Source: Balanoglossus misakiensis (lineage: Eukaryota; Animalia; Hemichordata). Taken from it: a stretch of 64,000 nucleotides of DNA. The position numbers and the translations under genes are program-made. Of this stretch, positions 62,814 to 64,000 are shown one piece after another. Within the stretch, counting starts at the first letter, position 1; each line of letters begins with the position of its first letter. The notes below the pieces were generated by a model that did not search any database, had not been told where the DNA came from, and worked only from the letters and a program-made list of their open reading frames with translations. The stretch covers positions 2,838,265 to 2,902,264 of the forward strand of contig CM082597.2 of the NCBI GenBank assembly GCA_040954595.2, read 5' to 3'.

Positions 62814-63690
62814 TTATTGAGATTTGGCAATTTTGCCAAAGTCTACCATAGCATACGCCACCGATTCTTCTTCTGGTTTGGGTTTCACTGGTGGTTTGGG
62901 CTTAGTGCCTGGCTTCTGTGGTCTTCCACCTTGGAATTCTAGGTCAGCGTATGTAAGTCCCTCCACATTTGCTGCTGGAGGCTGGGGCTGGGGCTGTGGC
63001 TGCAAGTGTAAAATAAACATAGAATAACATCAACATGCAGGCCTCGAAATCAGTTGTGACTTAGACATTTATAGATTGGTAGTCAGCCAAGCAAACTTGG
63101 AAGTCAAAGTTAAATTCTTCGTACATAGTAAAACTTATATTCCGTGAAATCAATGTATATTTTATGGCAACATGCATGTATGCCTGTCAGTAATACAGCG
63201 TTGACATGTCAGTGAAATTTTCTGCCTATTCAGTAGCACAGATGAGATAGCTGCACCTACTGGTTGTCAGTGGTGACTATCCTAGTCACTAAGGAGCAAT
63301 CAGTAGTCAGCTGGCATGTGACTATACTGCTTACTTTGAGCCCTGTATATTAAACATGGCAAGAAAGTTGTCTAGTTGTATGTGCAGCTTGCTCTCTATC
63401 TAAAATCACACTCACTTGTTCAGCCTTCGGAACTGCAACTTCATATGGATTTTCTTGTTGCTGGCTTGGTGGCTTTGTATCTTTAGACCTAGCTGGTGGT
63501 GGTGGATTTTCAACTGGTACATCATCATATGGACGCTCTTCCTGGGTCTTTTTGGCTTTCTTTGGTTTTGGCAGTCGTTTTTTCGCCTTCCCTCCTGTTG
63601 GAGCTGGAGTCACATCAGCATAGGCAGTGTCTGGAGCTTTCTTCTCCCCACCCTTTCCTTTGTCAACATTTGCATATGCAGATCCTTCAT
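62814..63690 (-). CDS. Last two coding exons of a gene with a Tyr-motif (ITIM/ITSM-like), Pro/Lys-rich cytoplasmic tail; the 5' part is outside the window
   Basis: Exon 63690-63416 reads EGSAYANVDKG..DTAYADVTP..RPYDDVPVENPPPP..NPYEVAVPKAEQ. Exon 62999-62814 reads PQPQPQPPAANVEGLTYADLEF..PKPPVKPKPEEESVAYAMVDFGKIAKSQ*. The two are joined in phase by a GT-AG intron. Confidence 0.75.
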
Positions 63691-64000
63691 CTTATAGATA
63701 TGAATAAATGAGAGGTGATTTTAATGGAATTTTGATGGAACTGCCACAGCATTGTCCAAGATCAAAGAGTAAAATATCTTTTGATATGTTGCTTTCAAAT
63801 CGATATATAAGCACCATCTGGCTTGTTCTTTTAATTTAGGAGAAAAACTCAAAACACTCCTTACTGAATTATAAAAAAAGATATCCTGACTTACGTGGGC
63901 AATATGTGCCAGAAAAAATATGATTCAAGCAAAACAGCACAATTTGTTGTACCGGTACATGGGTTTGCTTACTGTCACTGATACATTGTTGTGGTATGTG

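Overview
This is AT-rich, intron-containing animal genomic DNA. It is probably from a marine invertebrate deuterostome (hemichordate/echinoderm-like), which is an inference only. No prokaryotic features are present. From left to right: (1) an intronless ACSF2-like acyl-CoA synthetase (-), plus the start codon and 5' region of a tandem paralog at the window edge; (2) a ~6 kb composite CT-rich satellite that has captured a spliceable exon of the neighbouring CCDC191 gene between 40-bp direct repeats, followed by a ~1.45 kb tandem duplication; (3) a ~114-bp CpG-rich minisatellite; (4) CCDC191 (+, 16 exons), convergent with NOMO (-, ~30 exons); (5) an immunoglobulin-superfamily cluster. The cluster holds a 6xIg-FN3-TM receptor whose tyrosine-kinase domain lacks its catalytic motifs (HRD->HRS, DFG->NLS), a three-exon GPI-anchored single-Ig (Thy-1-like) gene, a V-C2-V-C2-Ig membrane protein, and the 3' end of a gene whose tail carries several ITIM/ITSM-like motifs. 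An intronless TMEM86-like lysoplasmalogenase sits inside the cluster. Exon boundaries were read by eye from GT-AG sites and phase continuity and need RNA confirmation.
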